Below, piece after piece: positions 1 through 11,216 of a stretch of 32,000 nt of DNA; within the stretch, counting starts at the first letter, position 1, and each line of letters starts with the position of its first letter. The DNA comes from Desulfotalea psychrophila LSv54 (GTDB lineage: Bacteria; Desulfobacterota; Desulfobulbia; Desulfobulbales; Desulfocapsaceae). Position numbers and translations under genes: made by a program. Below the pieces are notes generated by a model, which worked only from the letters and a program-made list of their open reading frames with translations, ran no database searches and had not been told where the DNA came from. Location of the stretch: NCBI RefSeq assembly GCF_000025945.1, contig NC_006138.1:3060001-3092000 (forward strand), in the 5' to 3' direction.

Positions 1-405
1 ATTCAAAGCGAAAACAAAGAGATCGATTTTGACACCCTAGCCACCATTCACCGCAGCAAAACGGGAGCCCTAATAACCTGTTCTATAATGAGCGGGGCCA
101 TTGGTGCCGGAGCAAATGCCAAACAACTCCACGCCTTGGAAGAGTACGGCAATAATATTGGTCTTGCCTTTCAGATCATCGATGATCTGCTGGATGCAAC
201 GGCGACCACAGAGGAGTTGGGCAAGACGGCAGGCAGTGATGCTGAACATGGCAAGGCCACCTATCCCCTCTTTTTCGGTATCGACAAGACCCGGGAAAAA
301 GCAAAAGCAGCCGTTGACAATGCCATAAAAGCCCTCACCTTATTTGATCATAGGGCAGATCCTCTGAGAGGACTTGCCAACTATATATATTCCCGAACCA
401 ACTAG
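1..405 (+). CDS. ispA: Polyprenyl (farnesyl/geranylgeranyl) diphosphate synthase, C-terminal part; 5' end outside the window
   Basis: Frame open from base 1 ([37 protein letters not shown]...). Second aspartate-rich motif context [14 protein letters not shown] followed by [16 protein letters not shown]. Sits directly upstream of dxs. Confidence 0.9.
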   Translation: MQSENKEIDFDTLATIHRSKTGALITCSIMSGAIGAGANAKQLHALEEYGNNIGLAFQIIDDLLDATATTEELGKTAGSDAEHGKATYPLFFGIDKTREKAKAAVDNAIKALTLFDHRADPLRGLANYIYSRTN

Positions 406-428
406 CCACAACCCAAGGCTATAAAACT

Positions 429-2366
429 ATGTTACAACAAGCACAGACCACCTCCAGGAACACGCTACTTGACAGAGTTGACTCCCCAAAAGATATCCGT
501 CAACTGACTCATGATGATCTCATCATTCTTGCAGCTGAAATCCGTGAAAAAATCATTGACACCGTTTCCAAAACTGGTGGCCACCTTGCCCCAAGCCTCG
601 GAGTTGTTGAGCTCACCCTCGCCCTGCACTATGTCTTCAATACCCCAACGGACAAACTGGTCTGGGACGTAGGACACCAAAGTTACGCCCATAAAATTTT
701 AACAGGGCGCAGGAAACAATTTGATACCCTGCGCCAGTACAGAGGTATGAGTGGTTTCCCCAAAAGGGGAGAGAGTGACTACGATGCCTTTGAGACAGGA
801 CATAGCTCCACCTCTATCTCTGCCGCCTTGGGCATGACCCTCGCTATGGATCTGCTTCAACAGGACAATAAGGCTATTGCTGTTATCGGTGATGGCTCCA
901 TGACGGCAGGCATGGCCTTTGAGGCACTCAACCACGCAGGCCATCTCGACAAGAATCTGATTGTTATCCTCAACGATAACGAGATGTCCATCTCGCCCAA
1001 CGTCGGCGCCCTCTCCAGTTTTCTCAGCAGAAAACTTACCGGTAAGACCATGCGCCGAGTAAAATCCCATCTGGTAGAAAAATTACAGGATTCGGATGTG
1101 GGAGAAAACATCCTCAACGTCCTGCGTAAGAGTGAAGAGAGCTTTAAAAGCTTTTTCACCCCAGGAATGCTCTTTGAGGCCTTTAAATTTGACTATATCG
1201 GCCCCATCGATGGCCATGATATTGACGCTCTGATCTCCACCCTGAATACCGTTCGCGATACAGCAAAGGGCCCTGCCCTCATCCATGTCCTCACAAAAAA
1301 AGGCAAAGGGTACCTGCCGGCAGAAGAAAACCCCGACGCCTTTCATGGTGTTGGCCCATTCAACCGACAGACAGGCAAGATTATTAAAAAGAAGGGACCG
1401 GCAAGCTACACCACTGTTTTTGGCCAGACCATGCTTGAGCTGGGGAAAAAAAATAAAAACATTGTGGCTATCTCGGCCGCCATGGTTGCCGGCACCGGTC
1501 TTACCCCGTTTTCTGAGGCCTACCCCGATCGTTTTTTCGATGTAGGCATAGCAGAACAGCATGCCATAACCTTTGCAGCAGGTCTTGCCTCGCAGGGAAT
1601 GCGCCCCGTAGTGGCCATCTATTCCAGTTTTTATCAACGGGCCATGGATCAAATTATCCACGATGTCTGCATCCCCAATCTGCCCGTTACCCTAGCCATA
1701 GACCGGGCAGGAGTGGTCGGCGATGATGGGCCAACCCATCACGGCATATTTGATATTTCTTTTTTACGATTTATCCCCAATCTAACCATCATGGCGCCAA
1801 AAGATGAGGCCGAACTCCAACAGATGCTGGTTACCGCAACCGGCCATGATGGCCCAACGGCAATTCGCTATCCGCGAGGTGCCGGGGAAGATGTAAGCAC
1901 AAGTCAAGAAATAGAGAGTATCCCCATCCTTGAAATAGGCAGGGGCGAACTGCTACGGGAAGGCGACGACATCCTCCTCCTCCCCATCGGCAACCGTGTT
2001 TATCCGGCAATGAGAGCAGCAGAGGAGTTGGCCAAACAGGGCATCTCTGCCTCGGTGATTAATCCTCGTTTCATCAAACCCCTAGATGCAGAGCTTATCT
2101 GCCAACAGGCAAAAAAAACGGGCCGAATTATTACCATCGAAGACAATACCCTCTGCTCCGGCTTTGGCAGTGCCGTCCTTGAGCTTCTCAGCCAAAAAAG
2201 CCTCTACGGTATCAAGACCAAAATTCTTGGCCATCCCCATGCCTTTGTTGAACACGGCCCACAAAAAACACTGTGGGAGAACAGCGGCATCACTAGCCGG
2301 GGCATTATCATGGCGGCACTCGATCTGCTCCAAAAAGAGACAGACCCTTCAGTAGCAAACGAATAA
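429..2366 (+). CDS. dxs: 1-deoxy-D-xylulose-5-phosphate synthase
   Basis: 645 aa full-length ORF with DXS hallmarks: [73 protein letters not shown]. Confidence 0.97.
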   Translation: MLQQAQTTSRNTLLDRVDSPKDIRQLTHDDLIILAAEIREKIIDTVSKTGGHLAPSLGVVELTLALHYVFNTPTDKLVWDVGHQSYAHKILTGRRKQFDTLRQYRGMSGFPKRGESDYDAFETGHSSTSISAALGMTLAMDLLQQDNKAIAVIGDGSMTAGMAFEALNHAGHLDKNLIVILNDNEMSISPNVGALSSFLSRKLTGKTMRRVKSHLVEKLQDSDVGENILNVLRKSEESFKSFFTPGMLFEAFKFDYIGPIDGHDIDALISTLNTVRDTAKGPALIHVLTKKGKGYLPAEENPDAFHGVGPFNRQTGKIIKKKGPASYTTVFGQTMLELGKKNKNIVAISAAMVAGTGLTPFSEAYPDRFFDVGIAEQHAITFAAGLASQGMRPVVAIYSSFYQRAMDQIIHDVCIPNLPVTLAIDRAGVVGDDGPTHHGIFDISFLRFIPNLTIMAPKDEAELQQMLVTATGHDGPTAIRYPRGAGEDVSTSQEIESIPILEIGRGELLREGDDILLLPIGNRVYPAMRAAEELAKQGISASVINPRFIKPLDAELICQQAKKTGRIITIEDNTLCSGFGSAVLELLSQKSLYGIKTKILGHPHAFVEHGPQKTLWENSGITSRGIIMAALDLLQKETDPSVANE

Positions 2367-2436
2367 AAATAGGGGAGAGAGCATAAGCCCCCTCCCCCAT
2401 TTACCAATACCGCTAACCTTACCGGGTCTCAACAGA

Positions 2437-3525
2437 CTAACCACCACCAAGGAGAGGATCGGAATAGGCCACAGTGCAGTTGCGCCCCCTCCCCTTTGCC
2501 TGGTAAAGGGCCCTGTCCGCACATTTAAGCCACTGCCGGAAATCACCCTTGCCATTATACTGAGCAAGGCCAACACTCACCGTTATTCCGCCCATATCCT
2601 CAAAAGAGATGGCCGCAACAACCTGACGTATTTTATTTGCCAGCTGTACCGCCTGAACCAGATCTGTGTCCGTGGCAAGTACCACAAATTCCTCGCCACC
2701 CCAACGAACAATGCTGTCTGTGATCCTAATCGAATTCCCAACCTCTTTAGCTGCGGCAGCAAGTACCCTATCCCCTGCAACATGCCCATACTGATCGTTA
2801 AACTGCTTAAAATAATCAATATCAAAGATAAGCAGGCTAACAGAATATCCTGAACGCCTACTCCTCGCCATCGCCCTTTCAGCAAGAGGTTCAATGGCCC
2901 GCCGATTTAACAGACCGGTAAGACTATCCGTCAAAGAGAGGCGACAGAGCTCTTCATTCTTTTTTTCCAACTCTTCCTGGCTTAACCGAAGTTTTTTATT
3001 CATCAGCTGGAGCTCTTTTTCCACCTGCTTAAACCGGGTAATATCGTGGGAAAAGCCACAGACACCAACGGTGTTGCCCTCCACATCCTTGAGAGGAAAG
3101 GCAAGAAGCAAATAATGACGTTCTTCTGCTCCCTTAGCCATTAAAAGTTGCCCCACCTCTTCGAATTCAATACTCTCACCAGTATCTAAAACAAATCTAT
3201 CCTTTTCTCTGAGTCGCTCTGCCATTTTGACATCAAAAAAATCAAAATCATTATATTCCCTCTTAGATAAATCTTCCCTGTTCATAGCAAAGAGGCGCTC
3301 ACAGCTCTTATTAACAAAAAAATAATTACTCTGAGAATCCTTTATATAGACATAGGCAGGAATATTATCATAATAATAATTAATGAGTTCTTCAGATACA
3401 ATCAGGGCCCGCTTGGAAATATCATATGCATGCGCACAGGTCCCTTTCAAGATTGAAACCTTCTCCAAGAGATGTCTTATCTCTTCCGCAAGTTCTTGTT
3501 TGGATTTATTCTCAAACTCATCCAT
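2437..3525 (-). CDS. PAS domain-containing diguanylate cyclase (GGDEF family)
   Basis: PAS-like region (YYDNIPAYVYIKDSQSNYFFVNKSCERLF) plus GGDEF domain with LTDSLTGLLNRRA and an intact RWGGEEFVV active site. Likely start is MDEFENK at 3525; the longer ORF to 3609 carries a non-domain leader. Confidence 0.92.
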   Translation of the reverse strand: MDEFENKSKQELAEEIRHLLEKVSILKGTCAHAYDISKRALIVSEELINYYYDNIPAYVYIKDSQSNYFFVNKSCERLFAMNREDLSKREYNDFDFFDVKMAERLREKDRFVLDTGESIEFEEVGQLLMAKGAEERHYLLLAFPLKDVEGNTVGVCGFSHDITRFKQVEKELQLMNKKLRLSQEELEKKNEELCRLSLTDSLTGLLNRRAIEPLAERAMARSRRSGYSVSLLIFDIDYFKQFNDQYGHVAGDRVLAAAAKEVGNSIRITDSIVRWGGEEFVVLATDTDLVQAVQLANKIRQVVAAISFEDMGGITVSVGLAQYNGKGDFRQWLKCADRALYQAKGRGRNCTVAYSDPLLGGG

Positions 3526-3926
3526 CAAACAAACCCCATTTAGCCCTGTTTTATTGCACCGATGAGCACCAAAAAAAAAGCCTGACAAGCTCAACACAAC
3601 CAATAACATCAGTATACATTAATATAATTCATGATTTACAGAAGAAAATCACCCTGAGCCGTTTTAGAGCTGGGACATGGGTTCATCTGCTCCTGCAACA
3701 ACAGGAAGGACACATTATAAAAACAGTCAACAATCTTTTCTTATTCAAAACAACGCTATATTAACGGCAATCTTTTGCTTTTAAAAAACCTTAAGTAGTT
3801 ATACAATATAATTTCTGACAGTTAGATTCTGTCACCCCAGCAGGGCCAACCTCAAGTTGGCACCGCCACAACCGGTACGTTTGTTTTTTATCAAGACTGC
3901 TTACAAAGAAAGCCAAGAGGAGAGGT

Positions 3927-4907
3927 ATGGGCAAGGGTATTTTGATTACGGCCGGGACTGTCATTGCCCTTATGGGCATAGTAACCGGCACCAGTGCCAC
4001 CCCTCTTCCGACGAATCAATCGATTGAAGGAAACAGAACCGTCCAGCTCGGTAAAGAGCAGATTGAGGTAAGCGGTCGACTCGGTTTTGGCAGGATCTGG
4101 GGAGAATCCAGGGAACTGGTATATGAAAAGAACAGAAAGGTCAGCGAATTAATCTGGCCCTTGGACAACGTCTATATGCTCAACGCCGGAGTTTCCGTAC
4201 AGCCCAGTTCGTGGTTAAAGCTCAATGCAGATATCTGGTTTGCCGTCAGCAATGGCGGCGGCAAGATGGATGATTATGACTGGACTGCCCAGGGCATGGA
4301 CTGGACCCACTGGTCACACGATGAGGATACCCCCCTTGATAGAGGTATTATGTTTGACATTAACGCTGAAATTCCCTTTTACCATATAAACAGAACCACC
4401 TTCTCCGCATTTTTAGGGCTGAAACAGGATAACTGGAAGTGGAATTCCTACGGAGGAAGTTACATCTATTCCCATAATGCTTTTCGAGACTCTACCGGCA
4501 CCTTTCCCGATGATGAGCTTGGTATAAGCTATGAACAGTGGTGGACAGTACCCTATATCGGACTTGGTTTTGCATCAAGTTTAAGCAATTGGGATTTTTC
4601 GGGACGCCTTATCGCTTCGCCCTTTGTCCAGGGAAGGGATGAGGACATGCATCATCTCAGAAACCTTTTCTTTGAGGAGGACTTTGACAACAGCTTTATG
4701 TGGAGTATAGATCTGGCAGCAAACTATAAAATTGACCCTCAATGGGGGATTATCGGGGCCTTTAAATACCAATATTACCAAGAGGCCTTGGGCACAACAA
4801 CCATGACCAATATGGTCACCGGGGAACAAGTGTTTTTTGGCGGAGATGCTGCCGGAGGCGATAACAGAGCACTCTTACTTACCCTTTCCCTGGACTATCA
4901 GTTCTAG
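3927..4907 (+). CDS. Omptin-family outer-membrane aspartyl protease (OmpT/Pla-like)
   Basis: Signal-peptide-like N-terminus and C-terminal F. Omptin motifs KVSELIWPLDN, GGGKMDDYDW (aligns with the OmpT D83/D85 region), GGSYIYSHNAFRD, PYIGLGF, GRDEDMHH (aligns with the OmpT D210/H212 region). Confidence 0.88.
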   Translation: MGKGILITAGTVIALMGIVTGTSATPLPTNQSIEGNRTVQLGKEQIEVSGRLGFGRIWGESRELVYEKNRKVSELIWPLDNVYMLNAGVSVQPSSWLKLNADIWFAVSNGGGKMDDYDWTAQGMDWTHWSHDEDTPLDRGIMFDINAEIPFYHINRTTFSAFLGLKQDNWKWNSYGGSYIYSHNAFRDSTGTFPDDELGISYEQWWTVPYIGLGFASSLSNWDFSGRLIASPFVQGRDEDMHHLRNLFFEEDFDNSFMWSIDLAANYKIDPQWGIIGAFKYQYYQEALGTTTMTNMVTGEQVFFGGDAAGGDNRALLLTLSLDYQF

Positions 4908-4969
4908 ACAGTAGTTCTGTCACGCCCCAGTCATCTGGTGACCACACGCCTCAAAAATATCTCCACAAA

Positions 4970-5965
4970 TTAATCCGCTATATGAACAATGGTTCGGCCC
5001 CTGAGCCTGCCGGCAAGCATCCCAACAATGGCATCATTGAGCTCAGACAGTGATATTTCCCTACAGATTTCCAGCAGACCTGCGGGCTTCCAAATCGTGG
5101 CAAGCCTATTCCAGAGGAGCTCTCTGGTCTGTAGCGGACAGTTCTGTGAATCAATACCCAAAAGAGAGATACCACGGAGAATAAAGGGATAAACGGTTAT
5201 ATCAAGATCAGCCGAGGCCACGTTACCGCAACAGGTCACGGCCCCCTCTGCCTTGGTCAGCTTGATAAGGTTGCTTAAGACTGTTCCGCCAACAGTGTCA
5301 ACGGCACCGGCAAAACACCCCTTTAACAGAGGACGCGGGCTGGCTGATTCAAGGTCCACCCGGGGAATAATTGCATCGGCTCCCAAAGACAAGAGAAAGG
5401 CCTCCTCTGCCTGTTTTCCTGAAACAGCCAAAACAGTATAGCCCAGCTGAGCAAGGATCGCCGTTGCCAGAGAGCCCACACCTCCCGAGGCACCGGAAAC
5501 AGCAATGGGTCCATCCTCGGGAGCAACAAACTGACTCAGCTTGAAAACAGATAGGGCTGCCGTTAAGCCTGCTGTGCCAAGAATCATTGCCTCCCTATGG
5601 GTCAGGCCCTGAGGTAGACGGACAAGCCAATCGACAGGCACCCTAATATAGTCGGCAAAACCACCAGCTGTATTCATGCCAAGGTCATAACCGGTGACCA
5701 CCACCCTATCCCCTGGCCTGAAAAGGGACGATTTTGAAGAGACAACGCTTCCCGTCGCATCAATTCCCGGAGTGTGGGGATAATTACGGGTAATCCCCCT
5801 GTTGCCGGAGACAGAGAGGGCATCCTTATAGTTCAAAGAAGAGTAACAGACCTTAACCAATACATCATTGTCGGGAAGATCACCAAGAGACCTTGTCTCC
5901 AGGCGACCGACAAAGCCATCAGCCTCTTCGCGGACAACAAATGCCCTAAAGGTATTTTCAACCAT
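4970..5965 (-). CDS. yhdH: YhdH/AcuI-family quinone oxidoreductase (acryloyl-CoA reductase-like MDR enzyme)
   Basis: 331 aa MDR protein: VCYSSLNYKDALSVSG, YPHTPGIDATG, GPIAVSGASGGVGSLATAILAQLGYTV, VGMLAGRLRGRTIVHI. Confidence 0.92.
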   Translation of the reverse strand: MVENTFRAFVVREEADGFVGRLETRSLGDLPDNDVLVKVCYSSLNYKDALSVSGNRGITRNYPHTPGIDATGSVVSSKSSLFRPGDRVVVTGYDLGMNTAGGFADYIRVPVDWLVRLPQGLTHREAMILGTAGLTAALSVFKLSQFVAPEDGPIAVSGASGGVGSLATAILAQLGYTVLAVSGKQAEEAFLLSLGADAIIPRVDLESASPRPLLKGCFAGAVDTVGGTVLSNLIKLTKAEGAVTCCGNVASADLDITVYPFILRGISLLGIDSQNCPLQTRELLWNRLATIWKPAGLLEICREISLSELNDAIVGMLAGRLRGRTIVHIAD

Positions 5966-6009
5966 TTTTCCTCCAAGAAAAAAATATAAGGTGCTAACTC
6001 ATCAGGGTT

Positions 6010-6210
6010 CTATTCAAGCTCAGATCCCTCAAGATCACTGCCCGCTCTTTTATTGATAAAATAACCCAGCACCAAAGATACGGGAAGAAAAACGGCCATA
6101 AAAGCAAGAAAGGCCTGCAGGCCCTGCAGATGTAACAGGTGCCTAGAGACCAAAACGCCAGCCCCACCAGCTATAACTGTCTTTAAAAAATTCATCCAAC
6201 TCAACTCCAT
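6010..6210 (-). CDS. Small hypothetical membrane protein
   Basis: 66 aa ORF just upstream of the yhdH-like gene on the same strand, with hydrophobic segments FLKTVIAGGAGVLVSRHLL and AFLAFMAVFLPVSLVLGYFI. Confidence 0.45.
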   Translation of the reverse strand: MELSWMNFLKTVIAGGAGVLVSRHLLHLQGLQAFLAFMAVFLPVSLVLGYFINKRAGSDLEGSELE

Positions 6211-7201
6211 TTAAGGTAAACAACAAAAGTTTCATACGATCTCTTATTTACTCCATATGGAAACAAAATGCACGGGAGGGGAGGGTCTTGAATATTACTG
6301 ACTGAGCCCCCAAACTCTTCACTGGGCAGAATATCGGACTAATGAGAAAACTGATAAAGGCGAAAGATGCGCAAAGCTGTACCTGGGATTATACAGAGTC
6401 TACCAAAGACCATGATATCTTTAAGATAAGCGCCAACACAGCGCTTTACAAGCAAAAGAGAATAGGTCTAGCGCTCCCCTACAAATTGCGTCATACCGTA
6501 TGGGCTATGGCTGGAATCTATCTTGCCTTCTACCTCTTCTCATACCCACTATTTGACCTCTACAAGGTCGCTATGCCACAATCAGTGATTAAAGAGAACA
6601 TGTACCGATATGATATCCTCACCTGAAATCCTAATTATAGGGCAGATTCCACCTATCGTGGCACGCCGAGTTCTATAAAGTTCAGCTTCATAGATGTTGG
6701 GTCCCTAATGATTGGGTGCTCAAAATGGAGAATAGATTAAGGCCTACTGTTAAGCTATAGGAATAATCTGTTAGAAATTGAAAATAGCATAGGGTCTGAA
6801 GAAGAGACAGTCCAACAGGCCTTGTTAACCAATAACCCCTACCCAGTTTTTCACGATACAACCTTGCCCAAGGCGGCCTCCACAATCAGCCTCCCTTTGC
6901 AGCAGAAATCTCCTGGCAAATCAGCATCATAATGAGACATGTCGTTAAGCTAGCGGTTTTTTCTTCGCCCATGACAGAGCGGACATAGCTGATACCATAA
7001 AATTTATCACCCATCATTTTCGAGTTTAACCTTCGCCACAGAAACAGCACCATCTCCCCAAAAACAGTGGACATATACAACAAAATCGTGTAACTAGCAC
7101 CCTGACTAATCTGTCAGTAGCAAGATAGATCAAGCCCCCATAAAGATTGAAGAAACGAAAGCTGGAACTACTTCCTGCTCTATATACTGGAGAAATACGA
7201 C

Positions 7202-9283
7202 GTGTTGAAGAAAATGAAGTTAAAAACCAGAATGTTGCTCATCATCTGCACAGTGATGGCCCTGGCCCTTACCACCACCATCGGTATAGTGACCAGCATG
7301 TCCGGAAAATTGGCAAAGCAAGAGGCCCTCGAAAAGGCGGAGGAGATGGCCTACCGCTACGGTGGAACTGTGAGGGCGGATGTGAACATCGCAGCAAATG
7401 CGGCCCGCACCCTGGCCCAGGTTTTTGAGGGGATAAAAACCAGTTCGGCAGGATTAGAGAACGACAGGACGCTCCCCCAGCGACAGCTCATGAATCAACT
7501 ATTGAAACAGGTTCTTGTTAAAAACCCACATTTTTATGGAGTATGGTCGATTTGGGAGCCCAATGCCCTGGATGGCAGAGATAAGGTCTTTGCTAATACA
7601 GAGGGCCATGACAGCACCGGGCGATTTGTACCCATTTGGGATCGATACTCAGGCAGGCCAGAATCGAGGATCTGTTCGAAGTATGAGCATGAAGGAGAAG
7701 GCGATTACTACCTTATTCCGCAGAGAACAGGAAAAGAGGCTATTACCGAGCCCTATACCTTCAACGTCGCCGGCCAGGATTATCTGATGGCCACGGTAAC
7801 CGTTCCCATCATAGTTGACGGCAGAGTTTTAGGCGTGGTGGGTATCGATATCGCCCTGAAAACCTTCCAAGAAACCTTCGCTGGAATTAAGATCTACGAA
7901 ACGGGATATCTCTCCATCGTCTCCAACAGCGGCCTGTATATTTCCCATCCCAATGGGGACAGACTTGGAGAGGACTTCTTTGCCATGGATCCATGGGCAA
8001 AGGAGTTTCGCCAGAAGATTAAGAGCGGAAAACCCTTTATAACAGAGAACTTTTCAAAAACCCTGCACGACAGGGTCATCAGAATCAGTGCCCCAATCTC
8101 TATTGGCCGAAGCGACAGCCCTTGGGCGGCCATCATCAATATTCCCGAGAAGGAGGTCTTAAAAGATGCCCACGCCATCAAGAACACATGCATTCTCGTC
8201 GCCATCATCTCAATGATTGTCCTTATGATAACAGTCTACTTTTTCACAGGACAGATCATCAGACCAATTCTAAGGGCCATAACCTTTGCCGAGACTGTAG
8301 CAAAGGGTGATCTTAGCAAGACCATTACCACCCGGAGAGAGGATGAGATAGGCACCCTTATTACGGCCCTGAACAACATGGTAACAAGACTGAGCTCCAT
8401 GTTCCGGGATATTTCGGCAGACGTGACCCAGCTCTCATCGTCATCGGCGGACCTCTCCGCGGTCTCCACTCAGATGTCTACGGGTGCCCATGACACCACG
8501 GAAAATACAGATAGTGTGGCAGCGGCCGTAGAAGAGATGAGCACCAATATGAGTTGTGTGGCAGCAGGTGCCGAGCAGTCCTTCCAGAACATCAACAGGG
8601 TAGCGGCGGCAACGGAACAAATAACAGGGGCCATTGAACAAATCGCCCGCAATTCGGAAGAGGCGCGGAACGTCAGCAAAGAGGCCGTATTCAGCGCCCA
8701 GAGATCCTCGGCCAAGGTAAAGGCACTGGGAACCATAGCCCACGAAATCAATACGGTGACGGAGGTAATCACCGAGATATCCGCCCAGACAAATCTTCTT
8801 GCCCTGAATGCCACCATTGAGGCGGCACGGGCCGGAGACGCGGGTAAAGGTTTTGCCGTGGTGGCAAACGAGATCAAACATCTGGCATATCAAACCGCCG
8901 AAGCCACCCAGGAAATAAAAGAAAAGATCGAGGGCATCCAGACCTCCACCGATGAAACTGTCACGGAGATAGGACATATTTCCGAGGTAATTTTTTGCAC
9001 AAATGAAATTGTCTCCTCCATCGCCGAGGAGGTAAATGAACAATCGGCTGCCACCCGGGAGATATCCGAGAGTATAAGCCAAGCATCCCTCGGCCTGAAA
9101 GAGGTCAGCGACAATGTAGCCCAGAGCTCCAATGTAGCCAAGATGATCTCAGAGGACGTCGGGCACGTACATCAGGCAGCCGAAGAGATAGCCGACAGCA
9201 GCTCCGATGTTAAAAGAAACGCAGAAGAACTCTCCGACCTGTCGACCCAGCTAAAGAAGATGGTTAGTCAGTTCAAGGTATAG
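7202..9283 (+). CDS. Methyl-accepting chemotaxis protein with periplasmic Cache-type sensor and HAMP domain
   Basis: GTG start. N-terminal TM, dCache-like region ([15 protein letters not shown]...[18 protein letters not shown]), second TM ([18 protein letters not shown]), HAMP, signalling hairpin [41 protein letters not shown]. Confidence 0.96.
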   Translation: MLKKMKLKTRMLLIICTVMALALTTTIGIVTSMSGKLAKQEALEKAEEMAYRYGGTVRADVNIAANAARTLAQVFEGIKTSSAGLENDRTLPQRQLMNQLLKQVLVKNPHFYGVWSIWEPNALDGRDKVFANTEGHDSTGRFVPIWDRYSGRPESRICSKYEHEGEGDYYLIPQRTGKEAITEPYTFNVAGQDYLMATVTVPIIVDGRVLGVVGIDIALKTFQETFAGIKIYETGYLSIVSNSGLYISHPNGDRLGEDFFAMDPWAKEFRQKIKSGKPFITENFSKTLHDRVIRISAPISIGRSDSPWAAIINIPEKEVLKDAHAIKNTCILVAIISMIVLMITVYFFTGQIIRPILRAITFAETVAKGDLSKTITTRREDEIGTLITALNNMVTRLSSMFRDISADVTQLSSSSADLSAVSTQMSTGAHDTTENTDSVAAAVEEMSTNMSCVAAGAEQSFQNINRVAAATEQITGAIEQIARNSEEARNVSKEAVFSAQRSSAKVKALGTIAHEINTVTEVITEISAQTNLLALNATIEAARAGDAGKGFAVVANEIKHLAYQTAEATQEIKEKIEGIQTSTDETVTEIGHISEVIFCTNEIVSSIAEEVNEQSAATREISESISQASLGLKEVSDNVAQSSNVAKMISEDVGHVHQAAEEIADSSSDVKRNAEELSDLSTQLKKMVSQFKV

Positions 9284-9331
9284 ACATTAAGCGTAGTACA
9301 ATCACTGCAAAAAGCATGAGTTAATGCCAGA

Positions 9332-9360
9332 GCCGGTGTCCAGCCCCCTTGGACACCGGC
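9332..9360. terminator. Strong 11-bp stem-loop between convergent genes; possible terminator without an obvious U-tract
   Basis: GCCGGTGTCCA (9332-9342) and TGGACACCGGC (9350-9360) are perfect inverted repeats with a 7-nt loop, between the MCP stop and the convergent nitroreductase stop. Confidence 0.55.
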
Positions 9361-9452
9361 CAGCCATCCAGACAAATTTCGAAAAATCCACCCTTGTTAT
9401 TACACATGGAGCCCATGTTCCCCCTCCAATCAATGACGGTTGCCAATAAGGT

Positions 9453-10082
9453 TTAAAATGAAATTATGATTTCATCATAGTTTCTTCTCCACTTGGCTGG
9501 CTGTAACTCCAAACCTGGCTTCCTATAACCTACGGCCAACAACAGAGGAACCCAATAGTTATTGGGGATCTTGAACTCCTTACGAACAGCCTCATGATCA
9601 AAGCCGTCCATGGGATGTGTTTCCAGGCCAAGAGCTGTGGCTGCGTACATAAGACTCATGGCAAAAAAACCGGCGTTCTTGGCTGCAAAGGCAAGGTTTG
9701 CGTCGGGACTCCAGTTATAGAGAGAGTTTGTGGCACCGAGGAACCAATCCCGTTGTTCCAGTTGCATGGCGCCGGATTTGACCATCTCTTCCCAGTTTTT
9801 TTCAAATACCGGATATCCCTCCTGCCAACCACTTTTATCAGCAAGGACAATGAGCACAACCGGTGCCTCAGCAACCTTGGCCTGATCCCAGGCCAGGGAT
9901 TTCAGCCTTTCCTTTTCTTCCACATTTCGTAGCACCATCAGATTCCAGGGCTGGAGATTGAAACTGGAAGGTGTGTCTGCTGAAGCATCTATCATCTCCC
10001 GCAAAAGGTCTTCTGGTACGTCTCTATCACTGTCAAAAAAATTTATGGCCCGCCTCTTTTTGCTTATCTCTTGAAAATTCAT
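9453..10082 (-). CDS. Nitroreductase-family NAD(P)H-dependent FMN oxidoreductase
   Basis: KKRRAINFFDSDRDVPEDLLREMIDASADTPSSFNLQPWNLMV...AKNAGFFAMSLMYAATALGLETHPMDGFD. Likely start MNFQEISKKRRA at 10082; ORF open to 10115. Confidence 0.93.
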   Translation of the reverse strand: MNFQEISKKRRAINFFDSDRDVPEDLLREMIDASADTPSSFNLQPWNLMVLRNVEEKERLKSLAWDQAKVAEAPVVLIVLADKSGWQEGYPVFEKNWEEMVKSGAMQLEQRDWFLGATNSLYNWSPDANLAFAAKNAGFFAMSLMYAATALGLETHPMDGFDHEAVRKEFKIPNNYWVPLLLAVGYRKPGLELQPAKWRRNYDEIIISF

Positions 10083-10370
10083 CTCTATCCCTCTCTCCTT
10101 TGGCTGGTTTAGCAAACGTCAGAGCCACTACGCCTATCGAGGTTTGTAGCCTGATCATCTGCGGAAATGCTTCATAAGAAGCGTCGCACAAAATGAAGAG
10201 AGGTGTCAAGCTTGAGGCCTGTCCCTGCCAATCAATTGAGGAATTTTTGGTCTTTCATGGGATTTGCCCTGAGATAACCATCCCTGCCCATATAGAACAG
10301 GGAAAGTTATCTCTTTTTAGGGGGCAAACCCGGTGCCCTCAAACCAAGTCAGGCAGAATCAGGCCCAAAC

Positions 10371-10637
10371 TCATCTGCCATCTACAACAGGAACAAGCAA
10401 AGCAATTACATAAAGATCTCCTTCACTTCTAAGAGAATGCATTGTTCCAGCAGGGGCAATAAAAGATTCTCCTACATTCAATTCTACTTCTCCATCTTCT
10501 AAAACTCCAAAGCCGGAGCCTTTTATACAATAAAATATTTCATCCTGTTTCGCGTGTTTATGCAGAGGAACTTTTTTTTCTGAGGGGATATGATATACAT
10601 TTTCCACAATAGACTCTTTAATAGAATTCAAATCCAT
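10371..10637 (-). CDS. Small cupin-domain protein
   Basis: KKVPLHKHAKQDEIFYCIKGSGFGVLEDGEVELNVGESFIAPAGTMHSLRSEG is a single cupin fold pattern. Likely start MDLNSIKES at 10637, with an AGGAG-like RBS upstream. Confidence 0.85.
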   Translation of the reverse strand: MDLNSIKESIVENVYHIPSEKKVPLHKHAKQDEIFYCIKGSGFGVLEDGEVELNVGESFIAPAGTMHSLRSEGDLYVIALLVPVVDGR

Positions 10638-10892
10638 ATTCTTACTCCTTAGTTGTTTGATTACACGTTGATACCACAAAATTTTATGAAGTTTACTAAC
10701 GTGTTAAATCCATTTTAGATTATTTTATCCTAGCTACCTTACTACAGATAAACTCGTCCACTTATCTTCCTGGCATGGGGTGTTTTTATTTGCAGGAACG
10801 CTCTTTACATGGCAAGGATAACACTATAGGCGTTATGATCAAGTACGCACTATTTTGTGCTATAGTATCAAAAAGGAAACTTAGAGGATAAA

Positions 10893-11216
10893 ATGATAAT
10901 AAAAAGCCCCTGCCCAGTAACAACAACTCTTTCTGTCATCGGTGGGAAATGGAAACTCATTATTTTATATATTATCAGAGACGAGAAGAAGCGATTCGGG
11001 GAAATAAAAAAAATCATTCCAGCCATTACCCAAAAAATGTTGACCAAACAACTCCGGGAATTAGAATGTGACGGAATAATACATCGAAAAGTATATCCTG
11101 TTGTACCGCCCAAAGTAGAGTATTCACTGACGAAACATGGCCATTCACTGACACCAATAGTAGATGCAATGGCTATATGGGGTGAGGCTCATAGTCAATT
11201 TGGCCCTGAAAAGTAA
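10893..11216 (+). CDS. HxlR-family winged-helix transcriptional regulator
   Basis: [86 protein letters not shown] directly upstream. Confidence 0.93.
   Translation: MIIKSPCPVTTTLSVIGGKWKLIILYIIRDEKKRFGEIKKIIPAITQKMLTKQLRELECDGIIHRKVYPVVPPKVEYSLTKHGHSLTPIVDAMAIWGEAHSQFGPEK

Noticed and set aside
1083-1661. 192-aa and other minus-strand ORFs inside dxs
   Set aside because: Antisense shadows of dxs.
2372-2397. GGGGAG...CTCCCC hairpin after dxs as a terminator
   Set aside because: The stem is short with a large loop and no T-tract follows on the plus strand; too weak to call.
8441-9082. 213-aa minus-strand ORF
   Set aside because: Antisense to the conserved MCP signalling domain; composition mirrors the true gene and shows no domain.
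10193-10432. 79-aa plus-strand ORF
   Set aside because: Overlaps the cupin gene on the opposite strand and has no recognisable family; not enough support to call.
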